From Tubulanus polymorphus (lineage: Eukaryota > Animalia > Nemertea), in assembly GCF_964204645.1 (NCBI RefSeq), contig NC_134025.1:10788001-10852000 (forward strand): 64,000 nt of DNA, written 5' to 3'. Of the stretch, positions 48,577 through 60,819 are shown piece by piece. Positions within the stretch are counted from its first letter, which is position 1. Each line of letters begins with the position of its first letter. Both the position numbers and the translations under genes were made by a program. The notes under the pieces were generated by a model. It made no database searches and was not told the DNA's origin. It was given only the letters and a program-made list of their open reading frames with translations.

Positions 48577-49909
48577 ATGCGTTATTTTGCATATTTTAAG
48601 ATGCTACTTTTGTTTGCTGATTTGCTGAATGGTAGCAGCACGTATCTAAACAGACGATTCATCGAAACTACCATTAGCGAGTTGCAGAAACCGTATCAAA
48701 CTGTTTCCGATCGCAACTATAGTCAGCTTCACTGCGCCGCTATCTGTAGTTCTCAAACTCGATGTAAAGGGTCCAGGACAATCTCCACATCGGACAGACG
48801 AGCTTGCGAATTATACGGGTTTCTTTGGTACGAAATAGATGGACCAACTAAAACAATTTACATAGAAGGTAACGTCAGTCATGTTTTCTATGACCAGAGA
48901 AAATTGCAGAAAATGTAATAATATTCTTATGTCTTTATGAAGATTCAAGTATGCGACAAGATTCAAGTCGCCCTCTAAAACCTTACAAATGACTTCACAA
49001 TTTTGTAGATGGGTAACCGGTTGAGCTTTCAATTTTTTTATTGTAGAACGAGCTTGCCCAGATGGATTCTTTGCTATATATACGTCGTGCTATAGAAGGT
49101 CCGAAGTAAGCCTGAATTTCACCGAGTCCAAACGATTTTGTTCCGATCGCAACTATAAACTCGCGGAACCGAAGTCGAAGAAATTACAGTCATCGCTACG
49201 AGAGTACTTGAAAAAACGCTTCCCAAATCGTAAGTTAATTATTTCAAATTTCTAAAGATATGCTATTTAACAGAGGCGAGAAAGTAATTTGGTCGCAAAT
49301 GGGGCAGACGTATTTTAATGTTCATAATGTAATGACTATAAATTTCTAATGCATGGCGCAGTCATTTTCAAAACAACGAATGTACAATACAACCAGGCAA
49401 CCAGCGCTCATTTTGCTGGATGCCCATAGAAGAAATGATGGCCGTAGCCTAGGTATCATGAGCCAATCATTTACTGCAAATGCAACGAGAATTGATAAAT
49501 GAATCCACCTGATATTGATTGACTGTTAGCCAACAGCCGAAACGTGGTTTCATTTCAATAAATTTGTCGATAGGACCAAGAAATTTATTTAAAAAAAATA
49601 ACAACTAACAGTTATTAGTATTATCAGGGTATAAATATATATCAACAAAATACAATGGTACGTATTTATTTTTGATATTTTTCCTAATTTTCAGAGACCA
49701 CGAGACTCGGTGGTATAGATCTAGCGACAGAGTCACCTCGTGGACCATGGGTGTGGGTATCAAACAACGAGCCGATCCAAAATTTCAACTGGTTTCCCAA
49801 CGAACCGTCAACTTTAAGCGAAAAATGCGTAGAGATATATGAGGGCGTAGATCATCTGTGGAACGATGGATCGTGCGAATTACATCACAAATTTCTATGC
49901 GAAATCTAA
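48577..49909 (+). CDS. Secreted PAN/Apple + C-type lectin, copy 3 (EPS/WND), 229 aa
   Basis: Exons 48577-48868, 49047-49229 and 49695-49909 are the same lengths as in copy 1 (292/183/215 nt), with an open frame ending NWFPNEPSTLSEKCVEIYEGVDHLWNDGSCELHHKFLCEI*. Confidence 0.85.
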
Positions 49910-51413
49910 GCACGATTGCAAAAATGGTTACCCAAAGCAAAATGGTTGTACATGTAAAACCTTTCAAAAAGCAAGCCTGTAGCCATGGGGGTTCGTCCGT
50001 TCGAACGAACGCCCCCTTTTAGAAAGTGCCCTTCATGATTCTGGTATCGTAGACTGGTTACTGGTCTCATGTTCGGGACAGGCAACCAGTCACTTATATC
50101 GTATCACAAGACGCGTACGATTCAAGCCGCAGTTTAATCGTTCATTTTTCGGAGGTTGAAAATAGACAAATCAAGCCGTGTAATGGAATTTGTTTTTATT
50201 TGTCAGTCATGTAGGATCGAATACAATTTGTGGTCAATTTCTTAAATAAACTGCCCATGGGCAAAGTGTGGTTTACCTTGAAAGCTAGAGGTTGTTTGGA
50301 GTAAGGGCATTGCTTGAAAAATCTTATTTATTCGTGACCTCAAAGTTCTAGAAGTTTATATAGTATTTTATCTTTCTTTCTTTCTTACAGTATTATTTTG
50401 TAGTCAAATGAGACCAAAGATATAAACATTTCTTTATGGTCTACGTCCAAAATTTCGTAGGATACAGGCAGGCAGGGCAGGGAAACTATTTTTTATTTTC
50501 AAAAAATTATTTTTCACAATATGAAAAAAATATTCAAATAAAATTCATATGATGTCACATATCAGAGGGTGGCTGAATATTGAGTCTTGGGAACGAAACT
50601 TCTTCCAATGTATGGCCGCGAAAGCTAAAACACCGGGGCGCATTATTAGATCGTTTTAAATCCTGGAATTTACCACTACATAATTCAGACCTCGACCTAT
50701 ACCTATAGTTTCCTGCTTAGTATTTTCAGGTCACAAGAAATTACAATTTATTACAAATTCTATCAAACAGAAAACACAACGCTCATCTGCTACGACGATT
50801 ATTCAGCCTGTTATCATACCAAACGTGCACGCGCCAAGCAGCGTTACAGCATCACCATATAGTAGTCTGTTTTACATTTCACATATACATGTAATAAAAT
50901 CCCACGATATTTACATTAGATTCTGACTTCGATAACGGATGGATAAAGTTGTTTACAAGTGATAAAGCTTTGAATAACGACTATCAATATCGAATGTAAA
51001 AAACTAGTTAAATTTGCGCCAACGACTTAATGAAAGAAACCCTGCTGTTGGATCTAACCACGGATCATTCATGTTTGTCGTAGCCTCAGAGAAATTTGGA
51101 ATGGTATAGCACGTGTTTCCTCGCCTCAATTTTGCGAGTGCACTCTTGCGCAGGTGGAGGCCTCGTGTTGTGAACGTTCGCATCACTTCTCAATCACCGG
51201 GTATTAAAATGAAACATTACCTATGGCGATATGTGAAATAATTATATTCTCACCAGCAATGAGCATTTATAATTCGCACATATACGGCACCAGTCCAATG
51301 AAACGTTCGCCATTTAAATGGCTTTCCCATAATTATTTTAGTAGCGCCGGAATTCCCCGTATATCCCAAAAACAGCCAATCACATTCGCTCGTAGAGACG
51401 ACGCCTCCGACCA

Positions 51414-51731
51414 CATCCTCGCTTGCCAGGGGTCCGGTATCACTCCCGAACTCGCTTCCACCAGCCCCCTGGCCTCACGAAGCGTGATATCATTACTGGC
51501 GCTGTTGCGCGTGACGTCATATATCGATTTGCGAAATACTTCCTTGTTCGGTAAAACGTTCGCTGATTGGTCAATTTAACGGGAAAACCAACAGAAGTCT
51601 ACTGACGGTTTGTTACAAGCGCTGTGATTGGTACGACCGGATTCTGGTCGGCTAGCAACGACTCGTGAGGTCAAGGGGTTCGGGGAACAGCTTTAGCGTA
51701 GTGGGTTCGAATCCCTTGACGGGTGAAGATG
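51414..51731. mobile_element. Foldback element with a decayed 8-9-bp TSD, absent from the paralogous unit
   Basis: CATCCTCGCTTGCCAGGGG...CCCTTGACGGGTGAAGATG; inner arms CCCCTGGCCTCACGA / TCGTGAGGTCAAGGGG; flanks CTCCGACC(A) / CCCCGACC(G); empty site at about 47378-47395. Confidence 0.7.
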
Positions 51732-52120
51732 CCCCGACCGAGGTCATTGCAATTTTATACGCAATAGCTAAGAATTTTCCCGCCAAAAAGAGTTTTTCTT
51801 CGGATTTAAATAGTTGACCATGTCATCGACGGAGGTTCGTCATGTCTTCGATTATACGTCGTTTAACCCGAGAACCAATGAAAAAATGATCACATAAAAA
51901 AACGTACAACCTCATACTGCTTACAAAGGCCCTTTTTTACGTCTGCATCATGCATGTGTCGCTAATAACCACTACAACCCTTGAATCTGTAGGAATTTGA
52001 GGGCTGGCCCATCTTCAACGTCAAGGCAGGGAAAGCCGATTTTTGAAGGGAGATCAAGAGCAATACCGGAGCTCTGGCAAGCGAGGATCGGGAGGACAAA
52101 CGTTTTTGCGAGCTAATTTG

Positions 52121-52464
52121 AGGCGTTTTTACGAGCATCCGATTTTTGCGATCGATCGTAGGAACGCATTTACGAGCACCGATTTTTGCGATCGATTTCA
52201 CGATCGGCGTTTTTACGAACACGATTTTCCGATCGATTTTTGAAATCGACCAACTCGCTCGGCGAGCGATTTGGCGATTTGATTTCCAAGATGGCGGCAC
52301 CGGGTAGTTCAAAACCATACATTTTTTTCCTCAACGTCGCCATATTTATGTCATGTGATTAGCCAAATCCATCGTCATTTTTACGAACGTTCGATTCGAT
52401 CGTACGATCGGAGCAAATCGTTCACGAAATCGATTGCAAAAATCGGATGCTCGTAAAAACGCCT
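52121..52464. mobile_element. PIF/Harbinger-like MITE with CGAT-rich internal repeats
   Basis: 29-bp perfect TIR AGGCGTTTTTACGAGCATCCGATTTTTGC...GCAAAAATCGGATGCTCGTAAAAACGCCT. Confidence 0.85.
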
Positions 52465-53142
52465 ATATTAATCAAAATTCTCGCATACCAGGGTCCAGTT
52501 TCACAAATGGGTTTTTTGTGGAGCCAAGCCCGGGGCAAGAATAGATGAGCCCTCACATACCAGGTTCCTTGTGAACAACTTAGACAAGAGGAACCAACCA
52601 TGGGGTTGGTTGCCGAACCAACCATGGGATTGCTCATCTTAAATTGATACTTGTGAAGCTAACTGTGCCCCCAGGTAGGATTTTGGGAATTGATGCGAGA
52701 ATTTCAATAAGTTTAGTAGCCTGCAGTTCCATACACATACACCGAGTACAGAGTATTTCATTCTCTGCAGGGTCCAGTTTCACAATCAACTCCTAAATTG
52801 ATTTAGGATTAAGTTAAGCTATGTTAGTGAAACCGGGTCCATTGGATCCGTTTAACAAACATAGACCAATCAATGTTTGGATTTTTCTTAAAAATAAAAC
52901 ATGTTCTAACGCAATTGTTGGACCTATGGGATGTAGTTTATCACCTATGGTTTATCATGTACGTGATGCAGAGTCTATGAAACTGCTGGCGTCTGTAATC
53001 ACAAATGGAACAACAGAGGAAATTACTTTGTATGAACTGTTGTGATCGTGTTATTTGAAATAAATGTATAAGTCCCATGACAAAAGAAAACCTGTCAATA
53101 TTGGTCAACTTTCATTGACTGTGGGACTATAAAACCATTTAC

Positions 53143-53575
53143 CAGTCAACCACGCTTAATTCGTCGACGGTTAATTCGTATAACTTCCTAATTCGGTAAA
53201 ATTGAAAGGTCCCGATTTTTTTCTTCGTTATTCCCTTCAATTTCCATCGTTTAATAAGTAATTCGTAAATCGTAGCCGTATCGACGGTCCATTTTCTTTA
53301 AAAGAAAGAAAATCCGACCCGTAATTCTATCCCATTGTTCAGCCTGCTGGCAGTGATTGGCAAGCTTATCAATTACTTGTCAGTCAAGTCTGAACAATGA
53401 ATGGCCGTGGCCCTGGCGTTTGTTCCAATGCCAGTGGAATTTTTAGATGGTTTTTATTCGTAGTTTATATGAATTAATAGATAAATCGTTAATTCTACAA
53501 TTATTTATAGACAATACGAATTAACAATAATCCGTATAATGTATAATTCGACATACGAATTAAGCTGGTTAATTG
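53143..53575. mobile_element. Decayed Tc1/mariner-type MITE
   Basis: CAGTCAACCACGCTTAATTCGT...ACGAATTAAGCTGGTTAATTG|TA, with repeated TAATTCG motifs. Confidence 0.6.
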
Positions 53576-53878
53576 TATTATACAAGTTTATGCAAACATG
53601 TCCAGAACAGTGGAACTGGATTCTGAGGTAGAAACTATTACAACTTAATGCAATTACATGGAGTGTGTAAATATCTCATGCCCTTGATCCATCTCAAAAA
53701 GCCAATCGTTAATCTTCAATTTCAATTTGTGGAATCTCTCTATTGTCAGCTGAGATGTGAAGAAATAACTAAAACAGGGGAATAGGAAGAAAAGTGAATT
53801 GAAAAAGAAGAGCGCGGGGGTGTTAGGTGCTTAGGTTGAGAGGTTTTGTTATTTTGTGCATAGGTTGTTCTAGTTATT

Positions 53879-55248
53879 TCTCTCTCCATCTCTCTCTCCA
53901 TCTCTCTCTCCATCTCTCTCTCCATCTCTCTCTCCATCTCTCTCTCCATCTCTCTCTCCATCTCTCTCTCCATCTCTCTCTCCATCTCTCTCTCCATCTC
54001 TCTCTCCATCTCTCTCTCCATCTCTCTCTCCATCTCTCTCTCCATCTCTCTCTCCATCTCTCTCTCCATCTCTCTCTCCATCTCTCTCTCCATCTCTCTC
54101 TCCATCTCTCTCTCCATCTCTCTCTCCATCTCTCTCTCCATCTCTCTCTCCATCTCTCTCTCCATCTCTCTCTCCATCTCTCTCTCCATCTCTCTCTCCA
54201 TCTCTCTCTCCATCTCTCTCTCCATCTCTCTCTCCATCTCTCTCTCCATCTCTCTCTCCATCTCTCTCTCCATCTCTCTCTCCATCTCTCTCTCCATCTC
54301 TCTCTCCATCTCTCTCTCCATCTCTCTCTCCATCTCTCTCTCCATCTCTCTCTCCATCTCTCTCTCCATCTCTCTCTCCATCTCTCTCTCCATCTCTCTC
54401 TCCATCTCTCTCTCCATCTCTCTCTCCATCTCTCTCTCCATCTCTCTCTCCATCTCTCTCTCCATCTCTCTCTCCATCTCTCTCTCCATCTCTCTCTCCA
54501 TCTCTCTCTCCATCTCTCTCTCCATCTCTCTCTCCATCTCTCTCTCCATCTCTCTCTCCATCTCTCTCTCCATCTCTCTCTCCATCTCTCTCTCCATCTC
54601 TCTCTCCATCTCTCTCTCCATCTCTCTCTCCATCTCTCTCTCCATCTCTCTCTCCATCTCTCTCTCCATCTCTCTCTCCATCTCTCTCTCCATCTCTCTC
54701 TCCATCTCTCTCTCCATCTCTCTCTCCATCTCTCTCTCCATCTCTCTCTCCATCTCTCTCTCCATCTCTCTCTCCATCTCTCTCTCCATCTCTCTCTCCA
54801 TCTCTCTCTCCATCTCTCTCTCCATCTCTCTCTCCATCTCTCTCTCCATCTCTCTCTCCATCTCTCTCTCCATCTCTCTCTCCATCTCTCTCTCCATCTC
54901 TCTCTCCATCTCTCTCTCCATCTCTCTCTCCATCTCTCCATCTCTCCATCTCTCCATCTCTCCATCTCTCCATCTCTCCATCTCTCCATCTCTCCATCTC
55001 TCCATCTCTCCATCTCTCCATCTCTCCATCTCTCCATCTCTCCATCTCTCCATCTCTCCATCTCTCCATCTCTCCATCTCTCCATCTCTCCATCTCTCCA
55101 TCTCTCCATCTCCCCATCTCCCCATCTCCCCATCTCCCCATCTCCCCATCTCCCCATCTCCCCATCTCCCCATCTCCCCATCTCTCCCTCTCCCTCTCCC
55201 ACTCCCACTCCCACTCCCACTCCCACTCCCACTCCCACTCCCTCTCTC
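53879..55248. repeat. Compound pyrimidine-rich microsatellite: (CCATCTCTCTCT)n, then (CCATCTCT)n, (CCATCTCC)n and (CCCACT)n
   Basis: Directly visible: 12-mer to about 54935, 8-mers to about 55180, 6-mer at about 55198-55240. Confidence 0.98.
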
Positions 55249-58200
55249 AGTAATTTTACATACATTTCCCTATTATTTGAATAACTTTCAAACCAGGCTA
55301 GTGCCTGTCCCCTTATACCATAGGTATAAAGGTATAAGGTTTTTTCATTACAATATTAAGATCAAGACAATCAAATGCTTTACTAAGATCTAGGAAAGCT
55401 GCTAGTGTATAACAATTAGTTTCAAACCCATTAATAATATTGCCAACTAACTACCGACCTTCGTACGACCTTCTCCAAAAGCTTTGATACACAAGGTAAT
55501 AACGATATGGGTCGATAGTTCGAAAATTCTCGATTATCGTCCTTTTTAAATAATGGAGTTACACAAGCTAATTTAAAATCTTCTGGAACAATACCAGATT
55601 CTAAAGACTTGTTAAAAATATCTGCTAGTGGTTTAGATATGTAAGAACCAATATTCTTTAAATAATGGAGTTACACAAGCTAATTTAAAATCTTCTGGAA
55701 CAATACCAGATTCTAAAGACTTGTTAAAAATATCTGCTAGTGGTTTAGATATGTAAGAACCAATATTCTTCAATAATAAATTATTAATAGAGTCATGTCC
55801 AGCAGACTGTTTTGGTTCTAACGACGAGATCAATTTACGTACTTCAATTTCATCCGTCGGAAACATGTAGAAATTATTGTTCAGGTCTTTTGGCATAAAT
55901 TTATCAAACTGATCATTATTATTCGACATATCTTTAGAAAGTTTACTTCCAATAGTACTAAAGTATTTACAGAAACCATTACTTATACGTTGTCTGTCAT
56001 TACAGGGTTTACCATTTACATTAAAGTTATCGGGTACACAATTCTTATTGGGGGTTTTCCCTATAATTTCTTTCATTGTTATCCATAATCTACGGCTATT
56101 TATATTAAATTTCAGTAATTTGGAGCTATAAAATTGTTGCTTGGCTTTTCTCTTGGCGGAGTTGTAAACATTACGATATACAATATAAGATTTAAAACGG
56201 GGGTGACTTTTGTCAAGACCTATTACAGATTTATATAATGCATTACATTTATGTGACGAATTAATAAGACTCGGGGTCATCCATGCCTCTCGGGCATTTA
56301 CATTACGATTTCGTACACTCTGTTTCGGAGCGTAGAAGTCGATTATACCAATCAATGTTTTATTAAAATACATATATGCATCGTTACTGTTTAAACTGTG
56401 TAATGGTGACCAGTCAACAGTTGTTAGCGCACGTTTAATAAAATTCAAGTTTCTTTCAGTGAGATTTCTCTTCATAAAAGTCTCAAGTTTTTTGTACACC
56501 ATATTTTTTTCGATAGATGTAAGGCATGGTAGATGGTCTGACATATGGGCCAATAATATTGCTGAAGAAATTTTCCCCTTTATGTCTGTATCAACGTAGA
56601 CATTATCTATAAGGGTTGCGGTAGTCGAGGTTATCCGCGTAGGTCTTAAAATGGTTGGATATAAACCATTAGTTAAATTTAAATCAAAAAATTTAGCAGC
56701 GTTAGCGTGGTAATCCATCTTGAGATAATCGAGATTTTGATCAGTACCGATTATAATTTTTTTGTTTTCTTTTTTGATATTTTCTATGCACTTTTGATAG
56801 TCTTTAATAAACTGGTCTTCACTGGTTCCAGGAATTCTGTATATTTCTCCCACTATGATATTATCATCCAATTCTACAAAGCAAGATTCGAATTGGCCAG
56901 TTTTAAACTCACGTACATAGATGGCGACACCTCCTCCTGTGGTGGTTGTTCGGTGCTCTTCTATGGGTTTATGATAACCTGCTATATTAATTTTGCCTAC
57001 ATTATCATTTAATCAAAGTTTCACACAACAAGATTAAATGTAGTTTACAGCCTTGGTTTTCTAGTAAATATATTAAATTCCTCAAGTCAGTTTACTATTG
57101 ACACTATGGATATTTAGTTGTAAAATATTCAGTCTATCATGTGTGAAATTAAATTCACTCGAAACTTTATTTACATCAAGATACGGACAGTGATTATTTA
57201 AAGGATTTTCATCCGATTCATCAAAAAAATTGTTAGGGTCATTTTGTATGACCTTCAGTCGGTCACTTATATCAATACTACCGAGACACATTTATGGTCT
57301 GAGGTGTCATAAACCAAGCCACCTAAATGTCGTTATTAATGTTCGGCTTTTTTGTCTGTTTTTCAGCAGACGGAGGCGTTTCAGACACAGAACGCTGTTT
57401 TCGTTTTGAACCAGCAACCGGCGTAAACGGAGGTTCGATAGTTTCTTTGTTATTATATCGAACAGCTTCGATGAATTGCTGCACTTAAGCTGCCTTGCCC
57501 AGGTCATTTAAGTGTATACCGGTTTTGTCACTCATCAGGTAGAACCGATCGCGGGTACCACCTGAAGGCTGGAAGACGTTATCATTGTTGATGTAAACCA
57601 TATTCTGTTTGTTACATAGTTAACTGCAATACGTATTTACCGTATTTACAGCCGTATTAAATTCCTTAACAGCAGCCGGATTTCCTGTTTTAGGAATTAT
57701 GCTCGACAGGTATATCTTTGCATTGTCAAAATGTTCATTAACTTTGGCCAATGCTTCGGACACGTTCAACTTAATAATATCTGAATCGGATTTATGACGG
57801 TTAACGTCGTTAGTGCCTAAGTGCACTATGACGTCAGTAACTTCTGACTTATTTTGTACACGATCAATCAACTGGTCAATATTTTCCGCAGTAGCCCCGG
57901 ACTGTTGAGTTATTTGAGCTCCTGGTAACTCTACATTCCGCATGTTTGAATCGCCAAGAATAACAATTTTATTATTTTGAAGATTCACCTTGGCCGGTAT
58001 TGGATTTGACGACAGTTTCTCGGTGCTGTGCGAATTACGTTCAGTAGTCTCTGCATTCGCTGTGATTGGCTGGTTTAGTTTCGGACAATTAAACTTCGTG
58101 TGACCGGGAGAATTGCATTCATAGCAAAGACGTCGCGGTTTAATAGTTTTCTTTGGACAATCAAATGATCATCCAGTAAACATGTTTGACATATGTCACC

Positions 58201-58778
58201 GTCACAATATATCCTAACGTTATAACTCTCGATTTTTGTGAAATTCGGAATCTGTTGATTAACACTAGAAAGTTGTAAAAAATGAGTACCAGTGTAAATA
58301 TTAGTTCCTTTGATTGTAGTTTTTTTGACAGAGTTGCTAACATAATCCCCATATTTGGCCATAAACGCAGCTATAACTCCATCATCCATCTCGATCGGCG
58401 CATCCACAATTTTTACATTATATAAATTCACGTTTGCGTCAGTTAATTTTATACAGTTTCCTTTAATCATCAGATCATCCTTACTGAGTTTCTCTCTGGT
58501 TACTCCATCCACACTTGTAATTATGCAATCAAAGTTTGTGATCTGGATTGAAAGTATTTTATTTACCTCAGGTTCCTTTTCACGAACAGCATTAAGAACA
58601 TCCAAATGAGTAAGTGGCCCGTTTGTGAATTGCTTCAGATTAAATTTCACAGATTTTTCACGGTTTAACATTGTTAATCCATTCACCATCTTGAACATAC
58701 GATAACGTTTTCCTCAAGAAAAATTAAAAAATGACGGAGCTCGCTATCATTCGGACTACATACATTCCGCCATATTGA
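55249..58778 (-). mobile_element. Degenerate CR1/L2-group non-LTR retrotransposon: ORF1 (RRM-like, 2 CCHC, SGNH esterase) and ORF2 (APE endonuclease plus RT N-terminus)
   Basis: 5' end AATATGGCGG at about 58776. ORF1 from 58698 has CQTC....H...C and CYECNSPGHTKFNC, then GDSN / HLGTND / D..GIHLN. ORF2 from 57291 has LNIHS, GGGVAIY, YRIP, PTRIT..TATLIDN, SDHLP, FCKYFSTIG, YRPISLLP, FLDLSKAFDCLD and GIRGQALAWFESY. Frameshifts and stops are present. Confidence 0.9.
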
Positions 58779-60819
58779 ATGATTGTGGAATGATTTCAAA
58801 TACTTGACTATAATGATGAATAACTTCTGAGCTAGTAACAGTGTTGAACTGGATGGTTATAAAAGACAAAGCTTTTTAACAGGAAATGACTTCATACATT
58901 CAGTCAAACAGCAGTTAGTCTTATAGAGACTGGAATCTGCAGAGATATTTACCGGTGCTTGTTTCAAGGACCTAAAGCAATGTCCATCATTCACAAACTT
59001 TCAGTGAATTCCTAGCATTTAATGTTCACAGATTCTGTCATGGGTTCCGCTTATTTCAGCTCCTAAAATACAAATGTATTAATGTTAGAAATTGTCAGTT
59101 AAAATGTTATGAACTAAGATCTGTTTCACATTGAAGCTCACAGCTTTCGTCTCACTTGTTTGCAGAATTGTTAGGCTACGTGTGAGGAGAATCTAGCAAT
59201 ATGTTTGAGGTGAACCAGGTCTTGCTGTAAATTTCAGAAGCTGTAAATTCTAGGGATGAGCTTCATTCTGTTAAGAGAAAATTGATTAGTGAAAAACAAA
59301 ACATCACATGTATGTCTGCTATTCTGAAAATTACTATTTTTCTTACCTGTTTTGATTATTGTAGCAAATTGTCCATGATATTTCGAGATTTTGATAGAGG
59401 ATGCAAGGATAGAGGATGATAGAGGATAGAGTTTGCAGAATTATTAGGATGCATGTGAGGAGGATCTAGCAATATGTTTGAGGTGAACTTTGAACCACGT
59501 CTTGTTAATTGTAAATTCTGGTGCTGTGTGGATTTCATTCTGTAAAGAGAAATTGATTAGTGTAATAAAGAAGATATTTCCCGAGGAGATTTTGATAGGG
59601 GATACAGCAGCAGCAGCACTTCTTACAAAGCTTTTGCGAGAATGATACATGAAAATACTGTATAGAACATATATTGCCAGGTTACTATCAAATTAGAGCA
59701 CAGTGGAGTGATGGAAATCTTACCGGACTATCGGATTAGTCTAGTACATTTTGACCATGCAGACTATTTCCATTTCTAGCAGGATTTCACTTCCAAGAGC
59801 CGTTATGTCATTAAGTTAAGACCACTGAGGTTTTCCTGAAAATTATAACATTACATAGATAATTGAAGCATACAGTTGTAAAACAAGCAAGAACCAGGTT
59901 GAATTATGTGGAGAAAATTACTTACATATATCACCACAAATTACTGCAATAAATCGATATAAAACTCATCACTTCTGACTTGTATGATTTGTAGAACGCA
60001 ATGTTTACTGTCTGCAGATTTTCAATGGTTCATTTTGGCCCCTAAAATACAAATGTTGTAGAGAAGCATACATTACATGAAGTTATGAAATAAGAGCAGT
60101 TCCAAACCATATCTCACCATTTTCCTCAATGTTTTTAAGCTAACGGTATTTGAGGTCGGCTGATGGGTGCTAAAACCTCCATCCCTGTCCGCTGAAAATA
60201 TGTATGAAAAACATAAGACATCGATAATTTCAACTTCGATCAGGATTTGAAATGATTGAAAACTCACCTCAAACTGCTGTGATATGGGAAATAAACAGAT
60301 TGATAATGAATACTGATGATATATTTCCAAACAGGTTTTACCTGCTGCTGGTGCTGTGTCTTTGAAATGAGAGCAAAACAGCAGATGAGATTAAAACAGT
60401 AGTTTTTAGTTCGTAGATAATTCAAATCGTCGACAGAGACTCCTGAGAATTCTGTAGAGAAATCCATCCTTAGAATTGAAATTACTTTTAGATAGTAGAT
60501 TCATTTATATAGTATTGCATCTATTTCATTCTGAAAAGAAAAAGAAACAATGATCAGTGACATCTCTAAGTTTTCAATCAATCAGAGACTGGCGTCAAAA
60601 AGAGTTAACAACAATCAATTATGTTCCTTCCCCACAATCAAATGTGTTCACAATTTTGCCATAGATTTCGGACTGATTGAACAGCTACAGATACATGTAA
60701 CATTGTGTGCAGATACAGAGTACCGATCACTGCGTTACTTCATCCTGTGATTGAACAGAGATTTGTTCTCTCATCTTCACAATTCCCATCCATCTAACTA
60801 AAACATCGTAATACTTCAA

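Larger units (their letters stand above)
43590..51905. repeat. Tandem segmental duplication of a ~4-kb unit carrying lectin copies 2 and 3
   Basis: About 43590-43970 matches about 47610-48000 (upstream flanks). About 45905-47575 matches about 50235-51905 (downstream flanks, e.g. TGCCCATGGGCAAAGTGTGGTTTACCTTGAAAGCTAGAGG in both). Confidence 0.85.

Noticed and set aside
51690-51725. tRNA or tRNA-SINE (GTGGGTTCGAATCCC B-box)
   Set aside because: I could not fold a cloverleaf or find a matching A-box and anticodon arm; the motif lies in the TIR of a foldback element.
53746-55284. Long ORFs of 431-485 aa (EREM/LSLH/ERDG/RERW repeats)
   Set aside because: They are stop-free translations of a microsatellite in several frames on both strands.
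59900-59975. Box C/D snoRNA (minus-strand GTGATGA)
   Set aside because: No CTGA box D or terminal stem at a suitable distance.
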